64,000 nt of DNA, taken from assembly GCA_038087875.1 (NCBI GenBank), contig CM075991.1:2356001-2420000 (forward strand), in the 5' to 3' direction. This document shows positions 48,633 to 61,069 of this stretch, piece after piece. The first letter of the stretch is position 1, and every line of letters starts with the position of its first letter. The position numbers and the translations under genes are program-made. The stretch comes from Malacoraja senta. Lineage: Eukaryota. The notes under the pieces are model-generated. The model did no database searches. It was not told the origin of the DNA and saw nothing but the letters and a program-made list of their open reading frames with translations.

Positions 48633-51600
48633 CCTTTAAACTTTTTCCCTCTCACCTTCAAGTTACGTCCTCTAGACTTTAACATTTGCACCCTGGGGAA
48701 CAGGTTCTGACTGTTTACCCTATCTATGCCTCTTATCATTTAATGTACTTTCATCACGTCTCCCCATCAACCTCCAGCATAGCAGAGAAAACAATACAAG
48801 TTTGTCCAATCTTTCTTTATTGCAAAAAAGACTAAATTAAACAATCCATGAGTGGAAAACATAATTAGTGAACACAAGTCCATGGTAGTGCAAAATGTGG
48901 TGCATAGTGTTTCATTGCCAATGTAGGGTTAGGATTATGCACAAAGATAGACACAAAAAGCTGGAGTAACTCAGCGGGACAGGCAGCATCTCTGGAGAAA
49001 GGGAACAGGTGAGGTTTTGGGTCAAAACCCTTCTTCAGACTGAGAGTCAGGGGAAAGGGAAACAAGAGATTGAGAAGGTGATATAGAACGAATGAATGAA
49101 GACAAAAATCCTGGAGAAACTCAACGGGTGAGGCAGCATCTACGGAGCGAAGGAATAGGTGACGTTTCTGCGCTGTATCTCTAAACAGTAAAAAAAAACT
49201 AAAAAAAACTTTTCTCTCACTGCCACTTTGCTGTGCTAACGCCACATCATTTAATTACCTTGGTTTTCAAATTATTGCTAAGATCGGGAACAAAAAAAGA
49301 AATCTTGCACCATTCCACTAGACAATACTCGAGGCAAGAACAAATGAATGGATGGGGGAATTCATTAGCAGATGAGGTGAGATATAGAATCAAGCAATGT
49401 TAGGAATGTGAAATGGGGAATCCTAGTGATAAATTGGATTCATGACCAGTATATAACAATTCATACTGTCAGTACGCGGACTCAAGCTGAAGATTTATGG
49501 AGATGCATCGTTTACCTTGCTGATGCAGGCACTAGATGCTCCATTTCTCTCAATACCTTTGTACCATTTTGCAATTTTAGCAACTTACCGTACTGAAAGT
49601 TGGGACACACAAGACAGGTCTAGCTAACAGAAGATTTTATGGCCTATTTTTTGAAGTGGGCAATAGTAGGAAGGAAATTAAGGAAATAGAGAAGAAATTT
49701 CTTGGAGATGCAAGTCGGCAGCATACATAGATAAATCCATTATGGAAAAGTCACAATAAACAAAGGAATTCTAAATCAACTTGAAAATTCAAGGACTATG
49801 CAACGTGTAGAAAAAGAAACTGATTTGAACGTTTTAGGTGTTTATTAGAACTCATTACTCCACAGTGGGACAAGTGGTGGAGCTGCTGCCTCACAGCACC
49901 TGACACCCGACTTTAATCCTGACAGTGTGGGTTCCTCTGTGTGTTCTGTTTCCTCCCACATCCAAAAGACATGCAGGTTTGTAGGTTCATTGGCCTCTTC
50001 TACAATGGCCCCAATCTGTAGGGAGTGGATGCGAATGTGGGATAACATAGAACTGGTGTGAGCGGGTGATCAATGGTCAGCGTGAACTCGGTGGGTCGAA
50101 GACCAGCCTGTTTCCATGATGTATCTTTTAATCAATCAAAGATATTGCTTACCAATTTCTCTGGAGTTTCAAAGGATGAGGTGACACCCGATAGAAATAT
50201 ATAAAATTATGACATGCATAGTTAAATTTCACAGTCAGAACCTTTTTTCCCTTAGGGTGGAAATGAATGTCAAAGGCTAGAGGGCAGAGCGTTAATGTGT
50301 GAGGCAGAGTTCAAAGGGGAGGTATGGTTCAAAAAGCGGTGGGTGTCTGGATCACATTGCCACAGCCGGTGGAAGCAGATATGAGAGTAGTTGTTAAAAG
50401 GCTTTTGGATAGGCACATGGCTATGCACGTGTAGGCAGAGGAGATCAGATTAACTTGACATCGTGTTCGGCACAGATGTCATGGGCCACTGGCTCTCCTG
50501 TTCTATGAGCATATCTAGCATTTTTGGCTTTTTCTCAAAATGGACAATAGACAATAGGTGCAGGAGTAGGTCATTCGGCCCTTCGAGCCAGCACCGCCAT
50601 TCAATGTGATCATGGCTGATCATTCCCAATCAGTACCCCGTTCCTGCCTTCTCACCATATCCCCTGACTCCGCTATCTTTAAGAGCCCTATCTAGCTCTC
50701 TCTTGAAAGTATCCAGAGAACCGGCCTCCACCGCCCTCTGAGGTGGAGAATTCCACAGACTCACAACTCTCTGTGAGAAAAAGTGTTTCCTCGTTTCCGT
50801 TCTAAATGGCTTACCCCTTATTCTTAAACTGTGGCCCCTGGTTCCGGACTCCCCCAACATGGAGCCATCATTAATGCTGCAATTTATACCAGAGTAGCAG
50901 GAGAACCTCGATGTGCAAATCAAAAATACAATTACAGTTGTCAAGAGACATGTTTTTTTCTCTGGATGACAGGGAATACAAAAGCAAGAGATAATATTGA
51001 TCTCTGTCAGGCACAGGTAAAATACCATTAAAAGCATGGAAGCGTCACAAAATAATGACCGTTGTACACCTTTTCGCGAAAAGGAAGACAAAATTAAAGA
51101 TGGGGGTGGGTTGTACACTGAGCATCCACAAGTCCAATGTCTTCCATCAACCCTGCCCTGCTGGTACCACTCTGCTCTGAAGGCAGCATGGAATTATTAG
51201 CCACAAGTCTAATATTGTGGCTAAATCCTTCATTTTTATTCTTTCCAAATTAAAGTTAATTAAATGAGGGAGTGCAGCGTAGGTTCACCAGGTTAATTCC
51301 CAGGATGGCAGGACTGACATATGATGAAAGAATGGATCGACTGGGCTTGTATTCACTGTAATTTAGAAGGATGAGAGGGAATCTTATACAAACATATAAA
51401 ATTCTTAGAGGATTGGACAGGATCGATGCAGGAAAAATATTCCCCATGTTGGGGGAGTCCAGAACCAGGGGCCACAGTTTAAGTATAATGGGTAGGCATT
51501 TAGATGGACAAGGGCCGAATAGGTTTAGTCAGCATGGGTTTGTACATGGGAGGTCGTGCCGCACAAATCTGATTGAGTTTTTGAAGACGTGACCAAAAAA

Positions 51601-52593
51601 TGTTAATGACGGCAGAAGTGTAGATGTACATATGGACTTCAGCAAAGCATTTGTCGAGGTTCCGCATGGTAAGCTGCTCTGGAAGGTTAGATCGCATGGG
51701 ACCCAAGGAGACAGGCATTTAGAAACATAGAAACTAGGTGCAGGAGGAGGCCATTCGGCCCTTCGAGCCAGCACCACCATTCATTGTGATCATGGCTGAT
51801 TGTCCCCAATCAATAACCCGTGCCTGCCTTCTCCCCATATCCCTTGATTCCACTAGCCCCTAGAGCTCTATCTAACTCTTAAATCCACCCAGTGATTTGG
51901 CCTCCACCCCACTCTGTGGCAGGGAATTCCACAAATTCACAACTCTCTGGGTGAAAACGTTTTTTCTCACCTCAGTCTTAATTGGCCTCCCCTTGATTCT
52001 AAGACTGTGGCCCCTGGTTCTGGACTCGCCCAACATTGGGATCATTTTTCCTGCATCTAGCTTGTCCAGTCCTTTTATAATTTTATATGTTTCTATAAGA
52101 TCCCCACTCATCCTTCTAAACTCCAGTGAATACAAGCCTAGTCTTTTCAATCTTTCATCATATGTCAGTCCCGCCATCCCAGGGATCAATCTCGTGAACC
52201 TGTGGGGGAAGAACTGGAATCTAAGATCCTGCTTTTGGACACCAAAGGGTTGATCCTGTGTAGCAACTTCAAACAGATCGCAGGAAATGTGTTGAAAGAG
52301 GAAACACGAGGGGCATTAAATAGAAAGTACTGGTTTGTCTGAAATAATGAATGTATCGATTTAATGATACACAAATGTAAATGGAGACAAATACCGATTG
52401 GACTGTATTTCCAACATGTGATTTTAGGATTAAAGTTTATTTTTGAAATATTGCAAAATCCCTGTGCCGACGTGTTTCTGGCAGCTGGATATTCATCAGG
52501 AGGTGATCTCAAGGCAAACACCATCTCCATAACAACCTCCAAACTCATTGGGAATACAATGCCACATTCTACCACAGGCCACCATCCTCAGCA

Positions 52594-52815
52594 CAAAGAT
52601 AGGCACAAAATGCTGGAGTAACTCAGCAGGGCGGGCAGCATTTCTGGAGAGAAGGAATGGGTGACGTTTCGGGTCGAGACCCACTTCAGACTGAAGTCTG
52701 AAGGTGGGTCTCTTCAGTCTGAAGAAGGGTCGAGACCCGAAACGTCGCCCATCCCTTCTCTCCAGATATGCTGCCTCATCCGCTGAGTTACTCCAGCATC
52801 TGTAGTTCTTTTCTT
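52594..52815. mobile_element. Fold-back pair of pLTR-derived repeats with hammerhead motif
   Basis: Minus copy then plus copy; CTGAAGAAGGGTCGAGACCCGAAACGTC at 52719-52746. Confidence 0.8.
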
Positions 52816-53378
52816 GCACATACTTCCTATCCTCTCTATCTCTGGATCCCACAATGGTCTCAGTCAACATACGACCAGCACGGTGGCACAGCAGTGCAGC
52901 CTCACAGCACCAGAGACCCATGTTCTATCGAGAGTAGGGGTGTTGTCTGCACGGAGTTTGTACGCTTTCCCTGTGACAGCATAGGTTTTCTCTGGGTGCT
53001 CCAGCTTCGTCCTACATTCAAAAGGCATGCAAATTGCCCCTAGTGTGTAGAATAGAACTCGTGTATGGGCGATCACTAGTTAGCACAGACTCGGTGAACC
53101 AGAGGGCCTGTTTTCAGGCTGTAATTCTCAACTAAAACTAAACAACTCACAAATACAGAGAAGCAAGAATACAGTCCTGAGGGACCTCAAGCTATTTCAA
53201 GTGGGCGTGTGGGATTAATAGTCCACATCCTGTGTAGCAGCAGATTTTTATATCGTTCAAGAGATTACTCCCTCTAGCCGCTACGTGGACTACATTGTTA
53301 AGGGGAATATCTTAATACGCATGCGAGCTCTCCATCAGAGACCTTCAGAGCTTCTTCACAGATAAATCTTCATAACAC

Positions 53379-53512
53379 GTGTTAAAGAAGGAACTGCAGA
53401 TGCTGGAAAATCGAAGGTACACAAAAATGCTGGAGAAACTCAGCGGGTGCAGCAGCATCTATGGAGCGAAGGAAATAGGTAACGTTTCGGGCCGAAACCC
53501 TTCTTCAGACTC
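53379..53512 (-). mobile_element. 134-bp pLTR-only element with hammerhead motif and 14-bp TSD
   Basis: TSD AATCTTCATAACAC at 53365-53378 and 53513-53526; minus strand begins GAGTCTGAAGAAGGGTTTCGGCCCGAAACGTT. Confidence 0.88.
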
Positions 53513-53904
53513 AATCTTCATAACACAGTCCTTTGATTAATAAATTGTTTATTGTTGATGACAAACAATAAGATACATCCAAACTTCTTCCGACTCTTAC
53601 ACTATAATCTTCATCGAACTCCAGCTTATCGCTTTAAAGGTTAGAAAACTCCTTGTGTCTCCGTTACGCTTCGCATGGTCAAAGGGTATGCCATCCCCAT
53701 GCTGGTCTAAAACTAAACTAACAACTAACCTTCTGCGGAAGAAACTTAGCTCCAAACACGCACTAAAATACGTCCTAAATCCCACCCACAATATAACGGG
53801 CAGTCTAAAATGTAAAGACACATGCCATCATTAATGACACACAAAACAAGCCAAATGGCCACTACATCCTTCACTAAACCTTATGTCCAAATTACTCTTA
53901 CCAA

Positions 53905-55180
53905 AAGCATGATCTCATGCCTTAATGACTACTGCCCAGTGGCCTTGACATCCACCATCATGAAGTGCTTTGAGAGGCTGGTTATGGCACACATTAAATC
54001 CAACCAAGCAAGCAGCCTTGATCCACTGCAGTTCACCTGAAGATGCCATCTCCCTGGCACAATCCTCATCCCTGGAACACCTGGATAAGAGAGACACCTG
54101 TGTCAGTCTCCTATTCATAGCCTGGCTCTGCTTTCAACTCCAAGCTCATCTCCAAACTCACGGAACCTGGAGTCAGCACTCCCCTCTGCAACTGGACCCT
54201 CGACTTCCTGACCCACAGACCACCATCAGCGCGGATAGGTGACAAATCATCCTCCACACTGGTGCCCTGCCAGGATGCATTCTCAGCACCCTTCTATACT
54301 CCTTATACAATGACAACTGTGCAATCACATACCAATCCAAGGCCAGTTACAAGTTTGCAGACGACACCATCGTAGTGGGCCCAGATATCAAACAATGACG
54401 AGACTGAGAAACTTAAAACTGATGCCAAGACATCAACCTCTCCCTCAATGTCAGCAAGACAAAGGAAATCGTGATCGACTTCAGGAAGTCAAGCCGCACA
54501 TACATCATACACTGATGGTGCCAAAGTGGGGATTGATGAAATTTTCAAGTTCCTCAGAATAAATATCACCAGCAATTTGTCCTGGACCAGCCTCATCGAA
54601 GCCATGGCCATGAAAGCTCACCACTATCACACATTCCTCAGTAAGCTTAGTAAGTTCAGATTGTCCGCAACAGCCCTCACCAACTTCTACATATGCGCCA
54701 CAAAGAGCATTTTATCAGGATGCATCACAGCCTGGTTTGGGAACAGCTCCATCCAAAACCGCATGAAGATGCAGGGTGTACTGGACATAGCCCAGACCAG
54801 CACAAACCAACCAACCTTCCATTGACTCCATCTACACTCCATGCTGCCTCAGCAAGGCCAGCAGTATAATCAAGGCCCGTCTCACTCCCTCTTCTCCTAT
54901 CAGGCAAGAGGTACAGAAGTTTAAAAATGCATACGTCCAGTTTCTTTCCGGCTGTCATCAGGCAACTGAACGGTCCTCACATCAGCTAGTGTGTGGTTCT
55001 GACCCATCTACAGCACTGAAGACCTTTCGACTATCTTTAATCGGACTTCATCTTGCACTAAATGTTGTACACTTAATCCTGGATGGTTTGATTGTAATCA
55101 TGTGCACTCTTTTCTTTGACTGGATAGTACACTAAAGCTTTTCACTACCTCAGTACAGGGGACAATATTAATAAACTGAA
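53905..55180 (+). mobile_element. Rex1/Babar LINE, RT to 3' end, degenerate
   Basis: [50 protein letters not shown]; many frameshifts. Confidence 0.85.
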
Positions 55181-55849
55181 CAATGTGGAAGGTTCCCTGA
55201 AGACCTGTTCCAAACACAGGATATCATTAGTCACCTTGAAGTGACAGGAAAAAAGGTAATGTTTGCAAATTATTCCACGTTTACTTGCAGTTCGCATGCA
55301 GTGAAATCATTTGCATGTCAACAGTGATGATAACCAAAAAGCCTTCAGCCTGATGGTGCAAGGAATTTACATTTTATTGACTGATATTAATTGCAGAAAG
55401 GTGTTAGATGTCAAGGAGTTTGAACTGATTGAAACTTGATTTTTTGCTTACAAAAAGGCCAGCAACATCCAAAGGACCTCGTGCTTTACCAAGGCAGGAG
55501 TGTTTTGCATCAGTGGCCTCTCATCTACCTCTTGTACGCAATTTGACAGAGAGTTGCGTGACGCCTTCAGCGACCCTGCAGGTGGGCCCCAGTTGCGTTT
55601 CACCTGGTCGAGGTCGGACGGTTCAGATAGACTTCCTCTTCATGTTAAAGGCTGTCACGGTCAGACACACCGACCTCTGACACACCGATCTCTGACCACT
55701 GCCTCCTTCAGGCTTCCTGTCACCTTCAGGAGGACCGGAAGGCAGGCATGGAGACGTGGAAGTTAAATGTGAAGCTGTTGACCCCAGAGAACATTGAGGA
55801 GCCAAAGAGGGACTACACATGTTGGAGAATGGTGAAGCCCCTCTTTGAC

Positions 55850-56819
55850 AAAGAGTAGGGATTAACGGGTCGCTTTCAGAATGGCAGGCAGTGATTAGTG
55901 GGGTACCGCAAGGCTCGGTGCTGGGACCGCACCTATTTACAATATACATCAATGATTTAAAGATGAAGNNNNNNNNNNNNNNNNNNNNNNNNNNNNNNNN
56001 NNNNNNNNNNNNNNNNNNNNNNNNNNNNNNNNNNNNNNNNNNNNNNNNNNNNNNNNNNNNNNNNNNNNNNNNNNNNNNNNNNNNNNNNNNNNNNNNNNNN
56101 NNNNNNNNNNNNNNNNNNNNNNNNNNNNNNNNNNNNNNNNNNNNNNNNNNNNNNNNNNNNNNNNNNNNAGCGAATGGCATGTTGGCCTTTATAACAAGAG
56201 GAATCGAATATAGGAGCAAAGAGGTCCTTCTGCAGTTGTACAGAGCCCTAGTGAGACCACGCCTGGAGTATTGTGTGCAGTTTTGGTCCCCTAATTTGAG
56301 GAAGAACATTCTTGCTATTGAGGGAGTGCAGCGTAGGTTTGCAAGGTTATTTCCCATGATGGCGGGACTGTCATATGCTGAGAGAATGGAGCAGCTGGGC
56401 TTGTACACTCTGGAGTTTAGAATGATGAGAGGGATTCTCATTGAAACATATAAGATTGTTAAGGGCTTGGACACGCTAGAGGCAGGAAACATGTTCCCGA
56501 TGTTGGGGGAGTCCAGAACCAGGGGCCACAGTTTAAGAATAAGGAGTAAGCCATTTAGAACGGAGACGAGGGAAACACTTTTTCTCACAGAGAGTGGTGA
56601 GTCTGTGAAATTCTCTGCCTCAGAGGGCAGTGGAGGCAGGTTCTCTGGATGCTTTCAAGAGAGAGCTAGATAGGGCTCTTAAAAAATAGCGGAGTCAGGG
56701 GATATGGGGAGAAGGCAGGAACGGGGTACTGATTGGGGATGATCAGCCATGATCACATTGAATGGCGATGCTGGCTCAAAGGGTCGAATGGCCTACTACT
56801 GCACCTATTGTCTATTGTC
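55850..56819 (+). mobile_element. CR1 LINE 3' part nested in the Tx1 and spanning the assembly gap
   Basis: [10 protein letters not shown] before the gap, ANGMLAFI.. after it; (CTATTGT)n tail; host CTCTTTGAC|TCCCCG is split. Confidence 0.88.
55969..56168. other. Assembly gap (200 N)
   Basis: Run of exactly 200 n. Confidence 1.
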
Positions 56820-57141
56820 TCCCCGACACACTGGTGGGAAGTAACCAAGGAGAACATCAAGAGGCTCTTCATATTTAAAGGGGTTCATGGAGCAAGACAG
56901 AGTCAGAGACAATTGTGTCAACTCCAGACAGATTTGCTGCAACTGTTCCTTCTGCAGTCGAGAGGGGTGGATGTGAGGGAGGAACTTAGAGAGGTGAAGG
57001 ACCGGCAAGCTCGGCTCTTTACCTCCGAATCCTCCAAGATCATCTTCCGATCCAGGGTCCACGTGGAGCAGGATGAGATGTGTTCACGCTTCTTCTTCCA
57101 TGTCAGGCTTCACGCTTCACGTGTTCACGCTTCTTCTTCCA

Positions 57142-58012
57142 TGTCAGGAAGTGGCGGCGCCGAACGGCAGCGGCTCGACTGCAGTCCGTCTGTCTTTTTA
57201 AAATTTTTTGTCTAGTTAAATGTATTTGTTTGTGTTTTTTATACTGTTTTTAATTGTGTATATGTGGGGGGCGGGGAAACTTTAAAAATCTCTTCCCTGT
57301 ACAGGAGACCTGACCTTTTCCCTGTCGGGTCTCCGTTGTCGTTGGGGCCTAGCTCCGTGGAGCGGCCTCCGACCGGGGCGACCTGGGGGCTCCAGTCGCG
57401 GAGCTGCGGACTTACCATCGTGGGGCTGGCCGGCCTCGGAGCGTGAGGAGCGGTGGTGGCACGCTGCTGCGGCCCGACTCCGGAGCTCCAGCTGCAGCTG
57501 CAGACCCGTGGACTGTGATATCGGGAGCTCGCGGGTCCAGGTGAGAGACCGCTTTCCGGAGCTCCCACAATGCAACTTCTCCCGCCCGTGTCGCGGGGTT
57601 GGAACGACCCGGAGCGGGGCCGTAAATCGCCCGGCGCGGCTTTAATGGCCGCGGGACATTCCAGCGCCCGCCGGGGGCTCCAACTTGTGACTTTTGGGCC
57701 CGGAGCGAGGCTGTATACCGCCCGGCGCGGCCTCAACGGCCGTGGGACTTAACATTGCCCGCCTGGGGCTTCAACATCGGGAGAAAAATGGTGCAGGGGA
57801 GAGAAAAGACTTTGCCTTCAATCACAGTGAGGAGGAGATTCACTGTGATGGATGTTTGTGTGAATTGAATTGTTTGTGTGTCGTGTAGGAATTGTTTTGT
57901 TTGTAATTGTTTTGTTTGTATGGCTGTGGAAATGGAATTTCGTTTGAGCCTCTTTGAGGTTCAAATGACAATCAAAATCTAATCTAATCTAATCTAATCT
58001 AATCTAATCTAA
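57142..58012 (+). mobile_element. GC-rich non-coding retroelement with Rex1/Babar-like ends and (AATCT)n tail
   Basis: Starts TGTCAGGAAGTGGCGGCGCCGAACGGC; subterminal ATCACAGTGA..TCACTGTGAT hairpin; ends AAATGACAATCAA(AATCT)n; splits the Tx1 frame at SRFFF|HKVH. Confidence 0.75.
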
Positions 58013-59159
58013 TAAGGTTCACAGGGGGAGCTCTGTGATGAACAGCCTTAGGGAGGAGGACGACTCGGTAACATCCTCGCAGACGGATATGCTGAGGATC
58101 TGCAAATCCATTTACACGGATTTGTATGACAGAAAGGCCACAGACAGCACCGCCTCCCAGAACTTCCTGTCCTCTATCACGGAGGTCTTGGAGGACAGCA
58201 AACTGGAGAGTCTGGACCAACCACTGACCCTAGAGGAGCTGACTGGCTCCATCCGTTCCTTTGACTCGAGTAAAACTCCTGGAAGCGATGGCTTACCGGC
58301 CGAGTTGTATTCGGCTCTGTGGGACTGGGTGGGCCCGGACCTGCTGGAAGTGTACAACGACATGCTTCTAGCCGGCAGCATGTCAGACTCCATGCAGAAG
58401 GGCAGCATCACCCTAATCTACAAGCAGAAGGGGGAGATGAATGACATAAGGAATTGGAGAGCCATCACATTGTTGAATATTGATTACAAGATCCTGTCTA
58501 AGGCCATCGCCAACCGGGTCAAGTCTGCTTTGGGACAGGTGATCCAAACCTGTGCTGTACCTGGCAGGAAAATCTCAGAGAGCCTGGTGCTGCTGAGAGA
58601 TACCATTGCCTACGTGCAGAACAGACGGGTGGATGCCTGCCTAATCAGCTTGGACCTGGAGAAGGCCTTCGACAGGATATCGCACACGTACATGATTGAC
58701 GTGCTCTCCAAAATGGGCTTTGGGAAGAGAATCAGGAATTGGATCCAACTGCTATACACCAATATCTGTAGTGCAGTCCAAATCAATGGGTGGGAATCAG
58801 ACAGCTTCCCCGTCAGGTCTGGAGTCAGGCAGGGATGCCCTCTCTTCTCTGTCTTGTTCGTCTGTTGTATTGAACCTTTTGCCGAGTCCATCAGGAAGGA
58901 CGTGAGCATAAGAGGAATGACATTGCCAGGCAGTGGGGTTATCAGGTCAAAATCTCCCTGTACATGGTCTAAGGTAGACAAAAATACTGGAGAAACTCAG
59001 CGGGTGAGGCAGAATCTATGGAGTGAAGGAATACTACACAGCTGTGTCTCCTCCACAGTCCAACGGTCCCACAACTGCCTGCTGACCCCGGTCCAGATGC
59101 TTTACCTGCTGCTTCGCTTCCCCAGCCGCTGCCGAGGTCTCCATCCTCACCCTCAACAC

Positions 59160-59672
59160 TGGTTAGACCTGCGGTTTTACTCTCTCTTCTATTCAATCTC
59201 CGGTGAAGGGAAGAAACGGTTGGTACCGTACGCGCGCAGGTCGGGTCTACAAGCCGAATCCAGAGTACAAGGTCTCTGTTTGAACTGACTGTGAACTGTC
59301 TTCTCACTTGCTGCTCCCAGCACACAGTACACAAAGGAAAGCGCACTCCCCCCATATTGGTGTTTTCCTATATACTCCACTAAATGCGTGTTTAATTATG
59401 ATTTGCTTCTTTAAGAGGAAGGGTGTAGATCAACCATATTAATCTCTGTCAATATAGCCTTCACCACATATATTATGCATGATACACATTCCACCGTGTA
59501 ATCCAGTCCGGGATTTGAGTAGGGCTGCAGATACTGATAACAGCCCGCTCGTCCCTTAGTTTGATAGTCTGAAAGTTAATGCGATGAGTGTAACAGTACA
59601 TATTGTTCTCTCTGCATGGGTTTTAATAAATGCTTTGTGGTTCACCCAATGCTTTGTAATGGTTTGATTACA
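59160..59672. mobile_element. Probable solo LTR
   Basis: TG...CA termini (TGGTTAGAC ... TTTGATTACA), flanked by CAACAC/AAACAC, central TATATA, no coding motifs; orientation unresolved. Confidence 0.5.
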
Positions 59673-60248
59673 AAACACCAGTCAAGACTGCAGGAGCACG
59701 TGCTGAGGGACGCACTGAAGCTCGGTGCAGATAATGCAAAAGCTCTGTGGGGGAGGACCACAGTCTAGGGTCCTTCTGTTGCTGGGAATTGAGGGGCAGA
59801 GCCTGCGAACGTGTGTCTGATGTGTAATCTTCCTTTCATGTCTCGTCTATCACAGAACATACAGTAAGTACAGCACAGGAACAGGCCCTTTGGCCCACAA
59901 TGTAGGTGCTAAACTAATCTCATCTGCATGCACAAGATACACATTGCTCCATTCTCCATTCCCTAACTAGCGCCGGAGACCCGGGTTCGATCCCGACTAC
60001 GGGGTACTGTTTAGTTTAGTTTAAAGATACTGAGCAGAAACAGGCCCTTCGGCGATTCCCGCACACTAACACCATCCTACACCCACTAGGGACAATTTTT
60101 ACATTTACCAAGCCAATTAACCTAGAAACCTGTACGTCTTTGGAATGTAGGAGGAAACCCAAGATCTTGGAGAAACCCCACGGGGAGAACGTATAATCTC
60201 CAACGCATGTTCTCCCCGTGACCTCCGTGGGTTTGGGTACAAGGATGA

Positions 60249-60467
60249 AAGTAGATAAAAATGCTGGAGAAACTCAGTGGGTGAGGCAGCATCTATGGAG
60301 CGAAGGAAAAGGTGACGTTTCGGGTCGAGACCCTTCTTCAGACTGATGGGTCTCGACCCGAAACGTCACCTTTCCCTTCGCTCCATAGATGCTGCCTCAC
60401 CCGCTGAGTTTCTCCAGCATTTTTATCTACCTTTGATTTTTCCAGCATCTGCAGTTCCCTCTTAACA
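60249..60467. mobile_element. Fold-back pLTR-derived element with ~85-bp arms and 13-bp TSD
   Basis: TSD GGTACAAGGATGA at 60236-60248 and 60468-60480; 60249-60333 is the reverse complement of ~60348-60432. Confidence 0.9.
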
Positions 60468-61069
60468 GGTACAAGGATGAGATTAGTATAGCCAGACATC
60501 ATGTTCAATACATACGTTGTGGGCCAAAGGGCCTGTTTCTGTGCTGTATTTTTATAAGCTGTAATAGACAAGGCATGGAAGGATGACTAAACAGACACAT
60601 CCACAGAAAGAAAACTTCCACTGTGTACAATGCATATTAAATAATGCACTTATTTAAAAAACTGAATTGAAGACAAACTAGCAAGTGAAATAAACATTTG
60701 CACAAATCTAGGTTACATGTACAATTGCAATACACGAGGAAACAAAGAATATTTGGAATAATATATGAAACATTCAAAGTACTGAAGAAACGCTTACAAA
60801 TAAAAGGAATCAGTAGCCTCACATTTTTAATTTAAAAATGGATGCAAGTGAAATAGCTATTTTCATCCAGGACTATAAAACGTGTCAAACACAATAACAG
60901 CACAAACTTTTTAATAAACACAAAGGTATTACCCATCCATTTGCACTCAAGTTTTATGATTTAAGTATTCACAATGCTATGTAAAATTTGTAACTGGAGA
61001 GCTTCTGCACTGAGAATCATCAACATGCAATTTCGAACATTGCTTCACAGTCTAACCAGATTTATTATG

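Larger units (their letters stand above)
55545..59768 (+). mobile_element. Tx1-clade LINE ORF2, fragmented by nested insertions
   Basis: FTWSRS..IDFLF..SDH..WKLNVKLL..KPLFD|SPTHWWEVTKENIK..SRFFF|KVH..SKTPGSDGLPAELY..NWRAITLLNIDYKILSK..LDLEKAFDRI..SGVRQGCP; C-terminal RLQEHVLRDALKLGADNAKALWGRTTV* at ~59687-59768. Confidence 0.85.

Noticed and set aside
53601..53706. Minus-strand AG..GTAAGA exon-like segment (DQHGDGIPFDHAKRNG..)
   Set aside because: The acceptor overlaps a (TTTAG)n simple repeat like the SINE tails, the peptide is unrecognised and no partner exon is supported.
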